Position numbers and translations under genes: made by a program
Shown: positions 12,445 through 26,240 of the stretch, one piece after another
Position numbering within the stretch: the first letter of the stretch is position 1
Layout of the letters: each line of letters begins with the position of its first letter
Notes under the pieces: model-generated
What the model saw: only the letters and a program-made list of their open reading frames with translations
Told to the model about the DNA's origin: nothing
The model's database searches: none
From: Mobula hypostoma
Taxonomy: Eukaryota
DNA length: 64,000 nt
Direction of reading: 5' to 3'
Assembly: GCF_963921235.1 (NCBI RefSeq)
Contig: NC_086108.1
Location: forward strand, 41,666,001 to 41,730,000

Positions 12445-13258
12445 GTTTATTAAAGCACAGAACTGTAGAAATAATTTAAAACATTATTGTAAGATAATTT
12501 AAAGAGAACTTCCTCTTTGCTGTCAAGAATTACCATGGAGATCAGTGAGGTTTTGGATTCTACATCACGTCTGACTTATTGTAGGATCTAAGTGGAAGGT
12601 CTCTTTCCCAATCAGCATGATGTAATAGAATCACAGCAAAATGGAGGGCTGCTGCTCGTTTCCACGAGGAATCCAGTGACGGGAGGTAGAGAGAGATTTA
12701 GTACCCTGAATCAGTAAACATCCCAGATTCATAGTCTGTCCAAGCAGAGGTCTTCGTTCTGTTTGAAATGTCTGAACACATCCAGATCTCTTGGGCAATT
12801 TGGTCTCCTAATATGTTACAGTACAATAACAATGTATTTATCAAGTCAAGCCAAGCCAATTTTATTTCAAGTATGATAAAGTAACGCAATGAAAATTTTG
12901 CTAGCAGCAACATCGCAGGCATATATGTACAGACCTATTTATGAATAATCTCTGTACCAAAGCAGATCAGTGCTGAAAGTAACAGGCAGCAAAATCTTCA
13001 ATATTACCGCACCTGCAGGAGCATGCTATAGTTTTGTGTTCAGTGAAATAGAGTCTAGTCCATTCTGACCCTCACTTTTTCATTCAGATGTATGATACAT
13101 AGTCACCAGTGTTTCAGAGAGCACCAGTTTGAGATGGATCTCTCTTCAGCGTGCATCTGGCAGTAGTCTGAAGTGGTCAATAAATGAGGAAGCTAAATCC
13201 TGTTTTGACTTCCCTGGTTGAAAGTGTCCTGGGCATGAGAAAAGTAAAATTTGGGCTT

Positions 13259-13812
13259 GCCATTCCTGTTCTGACATGTCTGTCCATGGCCTCCACTTCT
13301 GTCACGATGAGGTCACTCTCAGGTTGGAGGAGCAACACCTCATATTCCATCTGGTTAGCTCCAACCTGATGGCATGAACATCGATTTCTCTAATTCCCGT
13401 AATATCTGCCCCATCCCTATCTCTCTGTTTCCATTCCCCATCTGGTTCTCCTCTCACTCCTTCTCTTCTCCTCATCTGTCCATCACCTCTTGCTTTCCTT
13501 TTTCCTGTGGTACACTGTTCTCTCCTATCAGATTCCTTCTCCTTCAGGCCTTTCCCTCTTATACCTATCACCTCCCAGCTCCTTATTTCATCCCCATCTC
13601 CAATCCACACACCTTCCCCCTCCCTTGTCTCACCTATCATCTGCCAGTTTGTACTCTTTCCCCTCTCTCCACCTTATTCTGGTTTCTTCCTCCTTCTTTT
13701 CCAGTTTTGATGAAGGGTCTCAGACCAAAACATCGATTGTTTATTCCCCTCCATAGACAGTGCCTGACCTGCTGAATTCTTTCATTATTTTGTATGTGAT
13801 GCTTTGGGTTTG
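13259..13812 (+). mobile_element. Penelope-like element 3' fragment with degenerate hammerhead (13703-13738)
   Basis: Homologous to the reverse complement of 300-850 (ctcaggttggaggagcaacacctcatattcc...cctgatggcatgaacatcgatttctc). Confidence 0.8.
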
Positions 13813-15034
13813 CCCAGCCTTTTCCACACTGCTCCCAATCCACTTCAATCACTAAAAAATAATAATTAGACACTCTGCTCCTCCCAGCACCCCAATGACA
13901 TGTAATTCTGGGCATGCTTCCTTTGCATTTGCATCCACAGGTTTATTTCTATATGCAGGGAAGGTAAGGAAATATTGTTTTGTACATTAGCAGATCTTTC
14001 TGAGAAATATGGACGGCAAGTTAGAACGCTGAGGTGGGGTACAGGCTATACAACTTAACTGAGACACTTTTGCCTGAAATGCTAATGCGTTTCGATTGGT
14101 TCTTAGAAGGTAAGCAACATAAACACAAAGGCCTCAACTGCAGATGTTTCCCTTCAATTAATAAACGAATCTGCAAATGTTAGAAGTGCATTTCTATTTA
14201 GAAAATAAATGGATGTTAATGGAAAACATTTATTTAATATACTTTTAATTCATTCTCAAGACATATATTGTAGGCAGCAATGAATTTTTTTGTCCATTTA
14301 ATTGCCCCAAAGTGATAGTTGCCTTTCCTGAACCACGGTGGGGGTGCAGGAGGGAGGAAATTGATCCTGGAGTCACGTACCAGGGCACACAGTGTGGAAC
14401 ATTGCATTTCCTTCACTGAAAAGTACTTGTGAATCTATTTCATTTTCATGGTCACTTTTACCCAGAGCAGGTTTTTATTTATTTCAAAATTCTTCAAAAC
14501 TAAATTCAAATTTTCCATTTTTAACTTAAATTCTGCAGAGAAATAGCCCAGCCCTTTAGAAGGCTAGTAAAGTAACTATTATGCCTTGATACAGTACTGC
14601 TGTCAATCATAAATAATTTCTCCCCAGTTGCAGAATGTGAATATGTTGATAATGCTTCGATGGAAAGCTGCCTTAATGCATGCTGGGAGTTCACTACACG
14701 GCTCATTCAGACAGGCTGCACTGGGGCATCCTTGGAGCTTAGCACTAACTCCATTACACCTCCTCTGAGCTAGCCAAGTGATAGGGCCAAGAAGCTCCAT
14801 AAACATCAGAGGAAACAACTTCTGACTGAATCTCTTGCTAAGAGAAAGATTATTGTACATGAGAATAACATGAGGTTAAGTTTTATTTGTTTTATTTTTG
14901 CTTTGTGCTTTCTGCTTTTATTCTTATTGCAATGCCAAATTTATTTTCACTGGTTTGTTTCTGTCCTTAGACAGCAACCAAAATTGTTCTTTAAAATATT
15001 TTAGCCAACTATATTTATTTACCTTTATGTTTGT

Positions 15035-15195
15035 TCTGGATTTTTAAAAAAAATTTTAATGTGTTAATTCTTATTACACTTGATGTTATGGTACGACCAG
15101 TAGTGATTGTCTATCTGGATTTTTTTTTTAAATTTTAATGTGTTAATTCTTATTACACTTGATGTTATGGTACGACCAGTAGTGATTGTCTATCT
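15035..15195. repeat. 79-bp tandem duplication
   Basis: 15035-15113 is repeated at 15114-15192, differing only in the T/A run. Confidence 0.9.
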
Positions 15196-15639
15196 TGAAA
15201 TGTTGTCGAACAGGAGGATAGCCACAAGCATTTTGGTGAAGATACTCCCACAGCGGGACAGCAAATTCCCAGATGTAGACACAGTAATGATAAATGATCA
15301 AGGATATATTCCCAAGTCAGGATGGTATGTGACTTGAAGGGGAACCTGCAGATCATGGTGTTCCCATGTAACTGAAGCTCTTGGCAGTAGTGAGTTTTTC
15401 TTTAGGAGGATTGCCTGAGTGACTAACTGAAAGGTATTTTATATATGCTACACACTGCAGCCACTTGTAGAGGGAACAAATAATTATGGTGGTTTATAGG
15501 GCACCAATCAAGCAGGCTGCTTGGTCTTGGATAGCACCAAGCTGCATGAATGTAGTTGAAGAGTATTCCATTAAGCTTCAGACTTGTGCCTTGTAGGTTA
15601 TGGAAAAGATCTAGGATATTCTCATTCATCAAAGGATAT

Positions 15640-17625
15640 ATTGGTAAATTGGTTTACTATTGTCACATGTATCAAGGTGTAGTCGAAAACTTGTCTTGCA
15701 CGCCATCCATACAGATCAATTCCATTACAACATGCATTGAGGTAGTACAAGGTAAAATAATAACAGAACGCAGAATAAGGTTGTATAGTTTACACTAAGC
15801 ATCAAATGCCTCAACCCAAGCTACCAATATTCACCACCTGTGATACAGTCACAGGGAAACTGCAGTGCAGGTAGACACTGAGGTGCAAGGTCACAACAGG
15901 GTAGGTTGTGAGGTCAAAAGTTCACCTTACTATACCAGGGAACTATTCAGTAGTCTTATAACAGTGGGATAAAGGCTGTATTTGAGCCTGGTGGTACCTT
16001 TGTAAACGCTGCTCAAGATGGGAATGGGGAGACTAGAGAAAGTGTGCAGTGGCTGGGATCGCTGGCTGCTCTATTAAGGCAGCGAGAAGTGTGAACAGAG
16101 GCCGTGGAGGGGAGGCTGCTCTCTGTGATGTGCAGAGCGGTGGCCACGCCGTTCTGCAGTTTCTTGTGGTTGCAGGCAGAGCAGTTGCCATGCCAAGCCG
16201 CGATGCATCCAGGTAGGACATTTCAAAACTGGTGAAGATCGAAGGGGACAAGCCAAATTTCTTCCCTCTCCTGAGGAAGTTGAGGTGCCAGTGAGAATTC
16301 TTGACTGCGGCATCCTGGACCGGGACAGGCTGTTCGTGACGTTCACTCCTAGGAACTTGAAATTTTCAGCTTTCTCAACCTCAACACTGTTGTAAAGAGG
16401 AGCACGTGGTCTTTCTGAAATCAATAACTATGTCTTTTGTTTTGTGACACTGAGGGAAGGGTTGTTATCCGGAGCACCATGTCACTAAGCTCTCTATCTC
16501 CTTGCTGTATTCCAATGGATCATTATTTGAGATAAGGCCTACTATCATGGTATCATCTGCAAACTTACAGATGGGGTTAGAGCAGAAACTGTCCACACAA
16601 TCATGAGTGTACAGTGGGTAGAGTAGGAGACTCAGTTTGCAGCCTTGTGGGGGCCTGGTGTTTAATCATGGTTGAGATGTTGCTGCTTACTGTATTGATT
16701 GCAGTCTGTTGGTCAGGAAGTCAAAGATACAGTTGCAAAGGGAGGTAATGTGTCCCATATATAGGAGTTTGGAGATGCGTTTGATTGGAATTATAGTATT
16801 GAAGGCAGAGCTGTAGTCAATAAGCAATGGTCTGACATATAAGTATCTTTATTGTCCAGATGCACCAGAGGTAAGTGAGAGATGGCATCTGCCATCTGTT
16901 TTGGCAGGAGGTGAACTGCAGTGGGTTGAGGTTGTCTGGGAGGCTTGAGTTAATGTGTGCCATGACCAACTTCTCAAAGCACTGCATGGTGGTAATGTCA
17001 GAGTCACTGGGTGGGAGTCATTAAGGCACATTACCTTGTTATTCTTAGAGACCGGGATGATAGTGGTCTTCTGAAAGCAGGTGGTAATGTCAGATTAAAG
17101 TAGGAAGAATTTTTTAAAAAATGTCTGCAAATACCTCCCACCAGCTAGCCTGCTCAGTATCTAAGGACAAGGTCAGGGACACCATTCGGGCCAGATACTT
17201 TTCGTGGTTCATTCTCCGGACAACTGACCTTATATCCACAACTGTGACTGTGGGATCAGGTGCATTGGAGGCTGTCAGGGTGGGTGGTGACATTTCAATC
17301 CCTTCTGTTCAAAACGTGCACAGAATGCATTCAGCTAATTGGTATTCAATTATATTCAATTGGTATTCAGTTGTTGGCAAAGCTGCCTGGCTTTGTTTTG
17401 TTTTGTAGCTCGTTATAGCACGTAAGCCCTGCCATAACTGATGACTCATCTGGGACTCTATTTTGGACTGGTATTGCCTTTTGGCATCCCTGATAGCTTT
17501 ACAGAGGTCACATCTTGATTTCTTGTAAAGTTCAGGGTCACCTGATTTGAACACTGCAGTCCTATATTCAGTAGAGAGTGGAGCTCCCAGTACATCTATG
17601 GCTTCCAAACCCATCCTCTGTCCAG
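15640..17625 (-). mobile_element. Rex1/Babar-type LINE, ~2 kb decayed ORF2 fragment
   Basis: ORF 17309-17614 (FKSGDPELYKKSRCDLCKAIRDAKRQYQSKIE), reverse-strand FADD at 16553-16564, ORF 16074-16424 (VEKAENFKFLGVNVTNSLS). Confidence 0.8.
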
Positions 17626-18838
17626 ATCTTGTAGTTACAGTACTTGTATGGCTGATCCAATTGAGCTTTTGGTCAGTGGTGTTTCCAAGAATGTTGGCAC
17701 TAGGGTCTCAGTAATAATAATGCCACTGAATGCCAAGTGTACATAACTAAACTCTTTCTTGTTTGAGATAGTCATTGGCTGACACTTTCATCTATCCTAC
17801 CAGTCTTCATTGATGTTCCTCCACGAATCTAGGATCCACTGTGCCGCACAGTTCTTATCTGAGCTCTCCCCTCTCCTTGCCACCCCACCCCAGCCCCAAT
17901 CAGTACTTTGTGGCTGTTTTACAAGTATGAAATTCAGCTAAAAGTTTCAGTAAATTTGCACACAGTAGTCTCAAACATCCAGGGCCAATGTGCTATTGTT
18001 CAACTGAGTTAGATAAAGGACTATTCTACTACATAGACCTGTACCCTTTATTCTAAAAAAAAGTTTGATTATGATGAATATTTCCAGTCCCAAATCAACC
18101 AGTGCATAATCACTCAGTTGGTGAAATGCATAAATTGAAAAGATAATAGAGGAAACAATTTTACATATCTGGCACTCTTAAAATGCAATTTCATAAGGAA
18201 CAGAAGGTTCTGAATCTTAAGTAAATAGAAAATATTCATTTTACTATTGTTCATGCATTATAGGTTGGCCTCAGTTCTTTATTTCAAATCGCCTTACTCA
18301 TGCATTGAACGTTGCTGATTATGTTCAGGGGTACATCATGCTAATATGGAGCTCACAGTTCCACAAAGGAACATTGACTACTGCAGCACTTTTGCCCCTG
18401 AGTACTGTAGCATGGCAATACAGAACATGCTGGTCACCAGACCTGGGTGCAACAGACATTTCACCGCACCCCTGGAATTATCATCAAATTCATACGTGCT
18501 CCATGATGAGCTGAGGGGCCAGGTACAGTTCTTAACTGTCCTCTCAGGTTGCACCAGCAATACCTAACACTACAGGGTGGCCTCATGTGAAAAGCTAATG
18601 AAGGTAAGAAGTTTGATTTTTGTTTTAATTAAAGACATGAACAAAATAGTTTACATCAGTTAAATATGTTTTAGCTGATTTTTTAAATTGAAATCAATTT
18701 CAAGAATTTAAAGTGTGTGAAGCATATACATGTTAAAACAACGAGAAAGTCCTCACTTTTTGCTGCTCGTGACCCTCACCAGCTCCTGGAATGTCAACAG
18801 CACTGTGAGAATCAGTGACAACAGCACCCAACCTACAG

Positions 18839-19354
18839 CAGACATCCTACCTCTCCCAGAAGTTCCGGGAGTCTCTCGCATTTTGATAGTGGCTCCCTGA
18901 TGCCCACAAATTATATACAATGTCCCGGAGACCAATTTTTTTGAGAGAGAGAGAGCGCAAGAGAGCATGAGAGCGAGAAAGCAAGCGAGCACACGCACGC
19001 CTTGGCAGAGTGTTCCAAAAAAAGAAAATATAAAACGTACCTCACCCCAGACTACGCTAAAGTGTACCCCTGCCTAATAGGGGTCAAAAATAATGACAGT
19101 GTTGCTCACTGCACTGTTTGCAACAGTGACTTTTCTATTGCCCATGGTGGGTTAAGACTGTAAAAGACATGTTGAGGTGAGTTTATCAGGTGTCATTCAT
19201 TCATTAGCATAGCTAACGTTACTTAAACTAGCTGGCTAGCTGCTAAGGAGCTACTCTATTGCAGACATCCCACCTCTCCCGGAAGTTCCGGGAGTCTCCT
19301 GCAAATTGATGGTGCTACCTCCCCGAAATGAGTTTTTGCAGGGTGGAATGTCTG
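18839..19354. mobile_element. Non-autonomous DNA transposon with 6-bp TSD (hAT-related)
   Basis: TIRs CAGACATCCTACC / GGTGGAATGTCTG. Direct repeat CTACAG at 18833-18838 and 19355-19360. The left end is repeated internally at ~19262-19325. Confidence 0.75.
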
Positions 19355-20124
19355 CTACAGTGTGTTCGGAACTGCACAGCCGTGGAAGGAATATGTGTCT
19401 GTGCTTCAGAGAGGAGGGCAGGTAGTCAACTGTGAGAGACAGGCCTGATCAGCATGATCTGACCCATTGTACAAAGTAAAATCAATGCAGAAAAGTATAC
19501 TTGTTTCGTATTTTTCAACCAATAGGTTCTCCTAGCCACAGGACTGAGTAGGTAACTAGAAAGCCGGTATCGGCTGCCAACATGCAAGTCCTGTGGGTGT
19601 ACACAGAGAGCTTTAGGTCAGGGACAGTCAAAAGTATTAAATGATCCAGTTGGGCATTGGGCCAATACAACCCATTAATACAACCATTATTGCTTTCCAA
19701 TTGAAAGTGGACAGTTACTAATAGGCATTGATAGAGTTGGTTTCCGCAGTTGCTCTTGGCATTTATGCTATATAAATTGATTGCTATCTTTATTATGTGA
19801 GCATAAGTTGCATTAGAGAGATCGATTATCATCTCCACCAACCCTTTCGATGAGACTTTTCTATTTATAGTACCAATGGAAAATTGAATGTAACCCTTGT
19901 GAATATAGAATATAGACAGCAGCTTTACAAAGTTTAACTTCTGTGACCAGATCAGGAGAACCGGCAGACCTTCACCAAAAATGACCACGATGTCACTCAA
20001 GTCCTTAGGTTGCCCTCTTGAAGCAGTGCTGGCAGTTAGAGCAAGTTTACGGTATAACGCAACTCCAGCCTGTCTCAGGAAATTGAAGGGGAAAGGGAGC
20101 TGTCGTTTAATTATACCTCCACAC

Positions 20125-20800
20125 ATATAAGACTGTAAGATATACAGCAAAATTAGGCTATTCAGCCCATCGAGTCTGCTCCGCCTTTCAATAATGGCTG
20201 ATTTATTTTCAACTTTAAATACACCCAGTGACTTGGCCTCTGCAGCCTTCTTGGCAATGACTTCCACAGATTCACTACCTTTTGGCTAAATAAATTACTC
20301 CTCATCTCTGCTCCAAAGAGACGTCCTTCTATGCTGAGGCTGTGCCCTCTGGTGCTAGACTCTCACACTATCAGAGACATCATCTCCACATTCACTCAAT
20401 CTAGGCTTTTCAATATTCAATAGGTTTCAGTGGGATGCCCACACTCTTCTATAATTCAGTGAGTACAGGCTCAAAGCCATCAAATGCTCCTCATACGTTA
20501 ACCCTTTCATTCACGGGATAATTCCTGTGAAGCTCCTCTAGACTTTCTCTAGTGTAGTACATCGTTTCTCAGATAAGGGGCCCAAAACTGCTCACAATAC
20601 TCCATGTGTGGTCTGACCAAGGCCTTATAAAATCTCAGCATTATATACTTGCTTGTATATTCTAATCCCTCGAAATGAATGCTAATATTGCATTTGCCTT
20701 CCTTTCTAACTACTGAACCTGCAAGTTAACCTTTAGGGAATCCTGCCCCAAGGACTTGAAGTCCCATTGCTCCTGTGATTTCTGATTTCACTCCCCTGTT
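20125..20800 (-). mobile_element. CR1-type LINE 3' fragment
   Basis: Typical reverse-strand tail (taagatatacagcaaaattaggctattcagcccatcgagtctgctcc) and C-terminal peptide AAEAKSLGVFKVE. Confidence 0.8.
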
Positions 20801-23800
20801 AGAAAGGCTACATTCCTTATGAACAATCACCATCAACTGCTTACATCTGTTTCAACAAAATGAAAAAATAATCAGTCTAAATTAGCTGCTGCCTCTCATG
20901 CATCTGAAGTTGGAAAACCTGGAACACGAATGGTGGGACAGTAATCAAGGAACTCAAATAAGGTTGAAAATCGTTAGAGGAGGCTTTCTCAAGAAAAGCA
21001 GCAGTAAGAGTGATGCAAATCATAACTCAGTCACAAAGCGATAATTATAACTTTCACCTCTATAGGCTCCATTGTGCACTAGTTTTCGGAGACTAACTGT
21101 AACAATGATCTTTTTAAGTCACGTGGATATGGACAGAAATCTAGCAAGGGGAGTGTGTGGGAGTGGGAACCTAATTCAAGCCGCAGGCTGTCTCCATTTC
21201 TTTGTTAGGATGCTAGTGATATTCCCGCTCAACTGTACAATAACAAGAAATTGCAAAACATATAATGATTACACACATTTTTGGCAAAACAGCAGGTAGA
21301 TCTGTAATAAAGAAGGCTCCAAACATTTCCATTGTCACTGGTACTATGCCAACATGCAGCAGGTGTGTTTGCTGCTTCTCCAGGAGCTGGACAGGAATTG
21401 CCCTATTGTTGGATGCATGCGACTGGTGCCAATATCAAAGTCAATATATGAGAATAGTGCTAATGTATCGATTTAAAATCCAGGGACATAGAAGCAAAGC
21501 CTATGCTATCAGCTGTCTACAAAATCCATTCTGTGACTTCACACTGGATTTCCTTTCCTTTCACTTTGTCTAGCATGGCTCTCACTCCCAGATGTGGAAA
21601 AAGATAAAAATGACTTTTAAATTTTAAAGCAATATTACATTTATCCCTAAATCCAGCAGTTTCCTTTGATGCCAAGTTTTAAATTTGACCAATTTCAGAA
21701 TTGCCATGCACTTCCCAAGAAGTGTCTTCCTAACAAAAAGGCAGTAAAAAATATCAAAATGAGTTGTATAATACATGAATATTTTCTTATTCTGCTTTTG
21801 GTATCTTTATACTGAAACTTCAGCTGAACAGACAGCTACAGGAAATTAATTCTTATATCTGCCACTCTCAATTCCACAGCATCAGTGAGAAATATCTCAG
21901 GAAAATTGCCATAATCACAAGCAGAAGCTGTGACCTTTTTTCATTTTTGTTTTCTTTTCCTCCTTCTTCATTCCCTTTCTAATCCTCTAACCTTCCTGCA
22001 TGTGTCGTTGAGGAGCAGAAAAGCATCAGTGAATGACATTGCATTCACAAGGTCCCATAGGTACAATGGATCATTGAAAGGGATGATTGCAAATATCTAT
22101 GCTGAGTCTAGGGTGGAAAATTGATCAAAAGAGCCATAAAGAAGAACTGTAGAATATACTTGCAACACTTCATGCTCTATTAGTATCTGAGGAGAAAATG
22201 AGGCTTGAAAGAGTTTGAGCATGTTTATACCGCATTTTTACAACAATAATCCATTCTGTTTTTAATCTTGCAGTTCAGGACACTGAGATATCTCTTATCC
22301 TGGTTGTTAATTTCAAATCGGCACAGTCACTCATCTACTAATATGTAATTACTTAATCTAAATTAATTGATGACTATTTTGCTTGGAAATCCTTCTTTAT
22401 TTTTCTTATGAATATCAGTCATACTTAGTTTTGAATGTTGGTGAAATACTGTATATAAAATTATCTCTAAACTGCCCAATACTGAGTAAGTTATAACTTC
22501 AGGGAAAAAGACTAGTACAAAAAAAGACTTCTGCTTTGCTGTACTTTCATCATTTGTTAATGACAAAGGAGGTCTGTGCTGATTTTATTATATGTAGATT
22601 TCTATGAAACTGCTTACCAGGCAAAATATAACATTCATTTGAAATGAGGTTCAAGGGCAGGAGATATCTAGGCCTGGGTATACAGGGACAATTCAATCTC
22701 CATTTTGAAGTCAGTACCTCAACTATAAAAAGACAGTTTTGATTATAAGTGTGGATATAGGAACTTAAAATAGAATTGGTTGCACAAACCTGTAAGAATC
22801 AATCTATTGAGGTAGTGAAAGTGACAAGTTAGGAGAAAGCCTTGATTTCTGATGAAGGGGATGTAGTAGAGAGGGAGTAGTTAATCAATAGCACAGAGAC
22901 ATGATTCAATGTTATTTTTATATTTTTCTCATAAATTCCTATGTCCACATTTAGAATGGAAACTGCATGTTAACATGTCATACCGTAATTATAAGCTCCA
23001 TTATACATCTGTACAATGGAAATTTATGATTGAAAAATACATTATGTACAAAATTAAATGTATATTAGCAGTGCTATCATGATTGAGAATTCAACATTGT
23101 GAATACATTATTAGCATTATATATTTACAGGCCGATATCTGAATAACCTACATGATGTTTAAATAACTCATACGTTTCTTTTAAAGAATGCATCCTGGTA
23201 TCTTTACTGGTTTCCTGGAAATACAATGATGGACAGAGTTGTAGATCTCAATGATTTCATATTTTCCAGCTAAGTTACTCTTTGATGTGAACTCATTGGT
23301 GGTGATTTCCAAGCTCTTCAGTCAATGCAAATGGTAACTGGCTTTTTTGCATTTGCTGAGCTGATGAAATTCATTTTCATAAAGATAAGCTACTAAAATG
23401 CAGTCTAATTTAGCAGGGACAGGCTTGAGATTGCTTGGCCTTTGCTTGTGCATAAACATATTATTTGATGTGCTACCATTTTGAGGAATGCTATCCTCAT
23501 GTACATAAATTATCAAATGGACATTAATAGAAAGACTTACTTATTACTCTAACATGAGTCAGAGATAAAACAGTAATGTAACTTTTGAAATTTCATGCAC
23601 TTCTGGCTATGTTTAGTTATTGTAATCAAATCTGTTAATTTGACAAGCAGTTTAAAAAGACAGACCCAAGAGCTCATGGTGTTGGGGAAGTAAGGACTGA
23701 TTATCACATAGAAAAATAAAAATCTGAATAAATGGGTCTTTTATTGGGCAGGTAGGTTGTAGCTACCCACTCATAAGGGTGAATTTCTGGCCCTCAGTTA

Positions 23801-24327
23801 TTTGCGATATGACATATTCTCAGCCAGCATTCATCACAAATTGGGGGTTCTGGTTGCATGAGAATTACTCTAAGAAGGTATCATTACACATCACTCACAG
23901 GCCTTTAAATAAATTCCTATTGATAATGCCATCTCTTTGCCCCTCTAAATAACAATCTTTTACACTACAATTCTATATTTTGAGGCTAATCAAATAGATT
24001 TTTCATGGTTACTTGAGAGTTCCAGATGCCTAAGTATTAGATAAATAAGAGATTTTTGTACAGTCATCTGGAAGAAGGAAATCTGTGTGAGGTTTGTTGA
24101 TGATGGTAAAATAGATAGATGGACAGGCTTCAGTTGAAGATATGTGGATTTAGCCCTAAGATAAGGATTGGTTAACTGAGAGAGCTAAAACTTGCCAACT
24201 GGAGTTTAACATGTGAAAATGTGAAGCTAACCTCTTTGGTAGGAGGAATCAAAAGGCATACCACTCTAAATGGAGAAAGATTGGAAATGAACAGAGTACA
24301 GAGGGATTTGGGTGTTCTTGCGCATGA

Positions 24328-24444
24328 AGCACAGAAACCTAGCATGCAAGTGAAGCATGTGGTTAGGAAGACATATGGCACATTGTAGCACAGAAACCTA
24401 GCATGCAAGTGAAGCATGTGGTTAGGAAGACATATGGCACATTG
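24328..24444. repeat. 59-bp-period perfect tandem duplication inside the CR1 fragment
   Basis: 24328-24385 is identical to 24387-24444. Confidence 0.9.
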
Positions 24445-24555
24445 CTGTTATTGCTGGGCATCAGAGCTGAAAGACAGGAAAGCATCACTACAATCCCACA
24501 TCATGTTGTTGAAGCCACTCCGAGAGTACTCCAGTATAGTTTTGGAAAGGTTAGG

Positions 24556-25634
24556 CAGTGGATTCCATTTAATTGGGACATATTGGGACTAATATACTTT
24601 GGCCCAACTAAGCAGCTGCACCAAATGGACAAAGTTTAATTGAAATAGTTAAAAAGTTATAAAAAAGGACAAACTGAGTAACACACTATGTATTTAAATG
24701 AATACAGAACAAATTATAACACTACCAGTACTACTGAAATACTATAAAACTGTGTATTAGTTCCTAATACTTATTGACAGAGCAATTCATCCACATCATG
24801 TTCTTTTGACTGTTAGTGAACAGAATCAGTGCAGACAACTAGTGCAGATAATGAACTGCCTTCATTAAATGCTGTTGATAATTGCATCCTTCAAACCTTC
24901 ATTTTCATTGTAGCCTTCAAGATGATTATCAATACCTTCAAGTCAAGTCAAGTCAAATCAAGTCGCTTTTTATTGTCATTTCAACCATAAACTTCTGGTA
25001 CAGTACACAGTAAAAACGAAACAACGTTCCTCCAGGACCATGGTGCTACATGAAACAATACAAAGCTACATTAGACTAAGTGAGACAACACAAGGCTACA
25101 CTAGACTATGTAAACAACACAAAAACTACACTAGACTACAGACCTACACAGAACTACGTAAAGCGCACAAAACAGTGCAGGGCAGTACAATAAATAATAA
25201 ACAAGACAATAGGCACAGTAGAGGACAAATTACAATATAATAATAAATGATGTAGATGTCAGTCTAGACTCTGGGTATTAAGGATTCTGATGGCTTGGGG
25301 GAAGAAACTGTTGCAAAAAGTTAGCAAAAAGTTCTGAACTGTCTTATTTTTATTTTTTGCCAACTACCAGTGACAAAAACCACTACTTTTTGAAGATAAA
25401 TACATGCAGCTGACACTATTTAATAACTGTTTACTCGAAATACGGTGCTGCGTCTAACAGCCATGCAAGCTCACCCAACTAACACTAGTTAGAAACTGTT
25501 CGGCAACCATCTACTGCCCCAGTTGAGTGGCATATTGTCCCAAATAAATGAAGGGAATCCTGGTTCTCAATTAGTTTGTGTTCTTTAAGACTTGTCCCAG
25601 ATAACTGGCTGCCCCAATTAACCAGAATCCACTG
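24556..25634. mobile_element. Tc1/mariner-pogo (Tigger-like) MITE
   Basis: Imperfect 25-bp TIRs CAGTGGATTCcatTTAATTGGGACA / TGCCCCAATTAAccaGAATCCACTG, followed by TA on the right. Confidence 0.7.
24938..25314 (-). mobile_element. LINE 3' UTR/tail with (TTGAC)n microsatellite end, nested in the MITE
   Basis: CAAGT repeats at 24939-24964 followed by tttattgtcatt. The far end tctgatggcttgggggaagaaactgtt is Rex/Babar-like. Confidence 0.6.
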
Positions 25635-25647
25635 TACTATTATTGGA

Positions 25648-26240
25648 AACACAAAAGATTCTGCAGATGCTGGAAACCTTGAGCAAGACACACAAAATAC
25701 TGGAGGAACTCAGCAAATGATCAGCACTGGCAAGGGAGGGGGCAGAAGCTAGAGAAGGTTGGGAGAGGGTAAGGAATGCAGGTTATGGGAGACACCAGGT
25801 GAGTGGGGAAGGTGGGTGGTGGAGGGGAGAATGAAGTAAGAAGCTGGGAAGTGATAGGTGAAAGAGGTCAATGGCTGAAGAAGAAGGGACCTAATAGGAA
25901 AGTACAGTGGACAATGGGATAAAGAGAACACCATTCCTCCTTCCCTTACTTCCTTAACTGACTGACCTCTCTTATCTTCAGCCCTTGACCTCTTTCACCT
26001 ATCACATCCAAACTCCTTACTTCATTTCCCCTTCCCCCACCCACTCCCCTTCCCCCTTACCTGGTCTCAGCTACCACCTGCTAACTTGTACTCCTTTCCA
26101 TACCCCCACCTTCTTATTCAAGCTTTTACCCCCTTCCATTCCAGTCCTGATGAAGGGTCTCAACCTGAACTGTTAACTATCTATTCCCCTCCTTCGATGC
26201 TGCCTGACTTGCTGAGTTCCTCCAGCATTTTGTGTGTGTT
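25648..26240. mobile_element. Non-coding Penelope derivative made of two oppositely oriented 3' ends
   Basis: Left half is minus-oriented (purine-rich), right half plus-oriented with a hammerhead remnant at 26143-26178. 13-bp direct repeat TACTATTATTGGA at 25635-25647 and 26240-26252. Confidence 0.8.

Noticed and set aside
19515..20267. 250-aa minus-strand ORF, the longest in the window
   Set aside because: It starts inside a CR1 3' fragment (AAEAKSLGVFKVE) and runs on into non-coding sequence. No recognisable domain and a non-ATG start, so most likely a chance open frame.
15035..24444. Direct repeats as a CRISPR-like array
   Set aside because: They are only simple two-unit tandem duplications without spacers, in vertebrate DNA.
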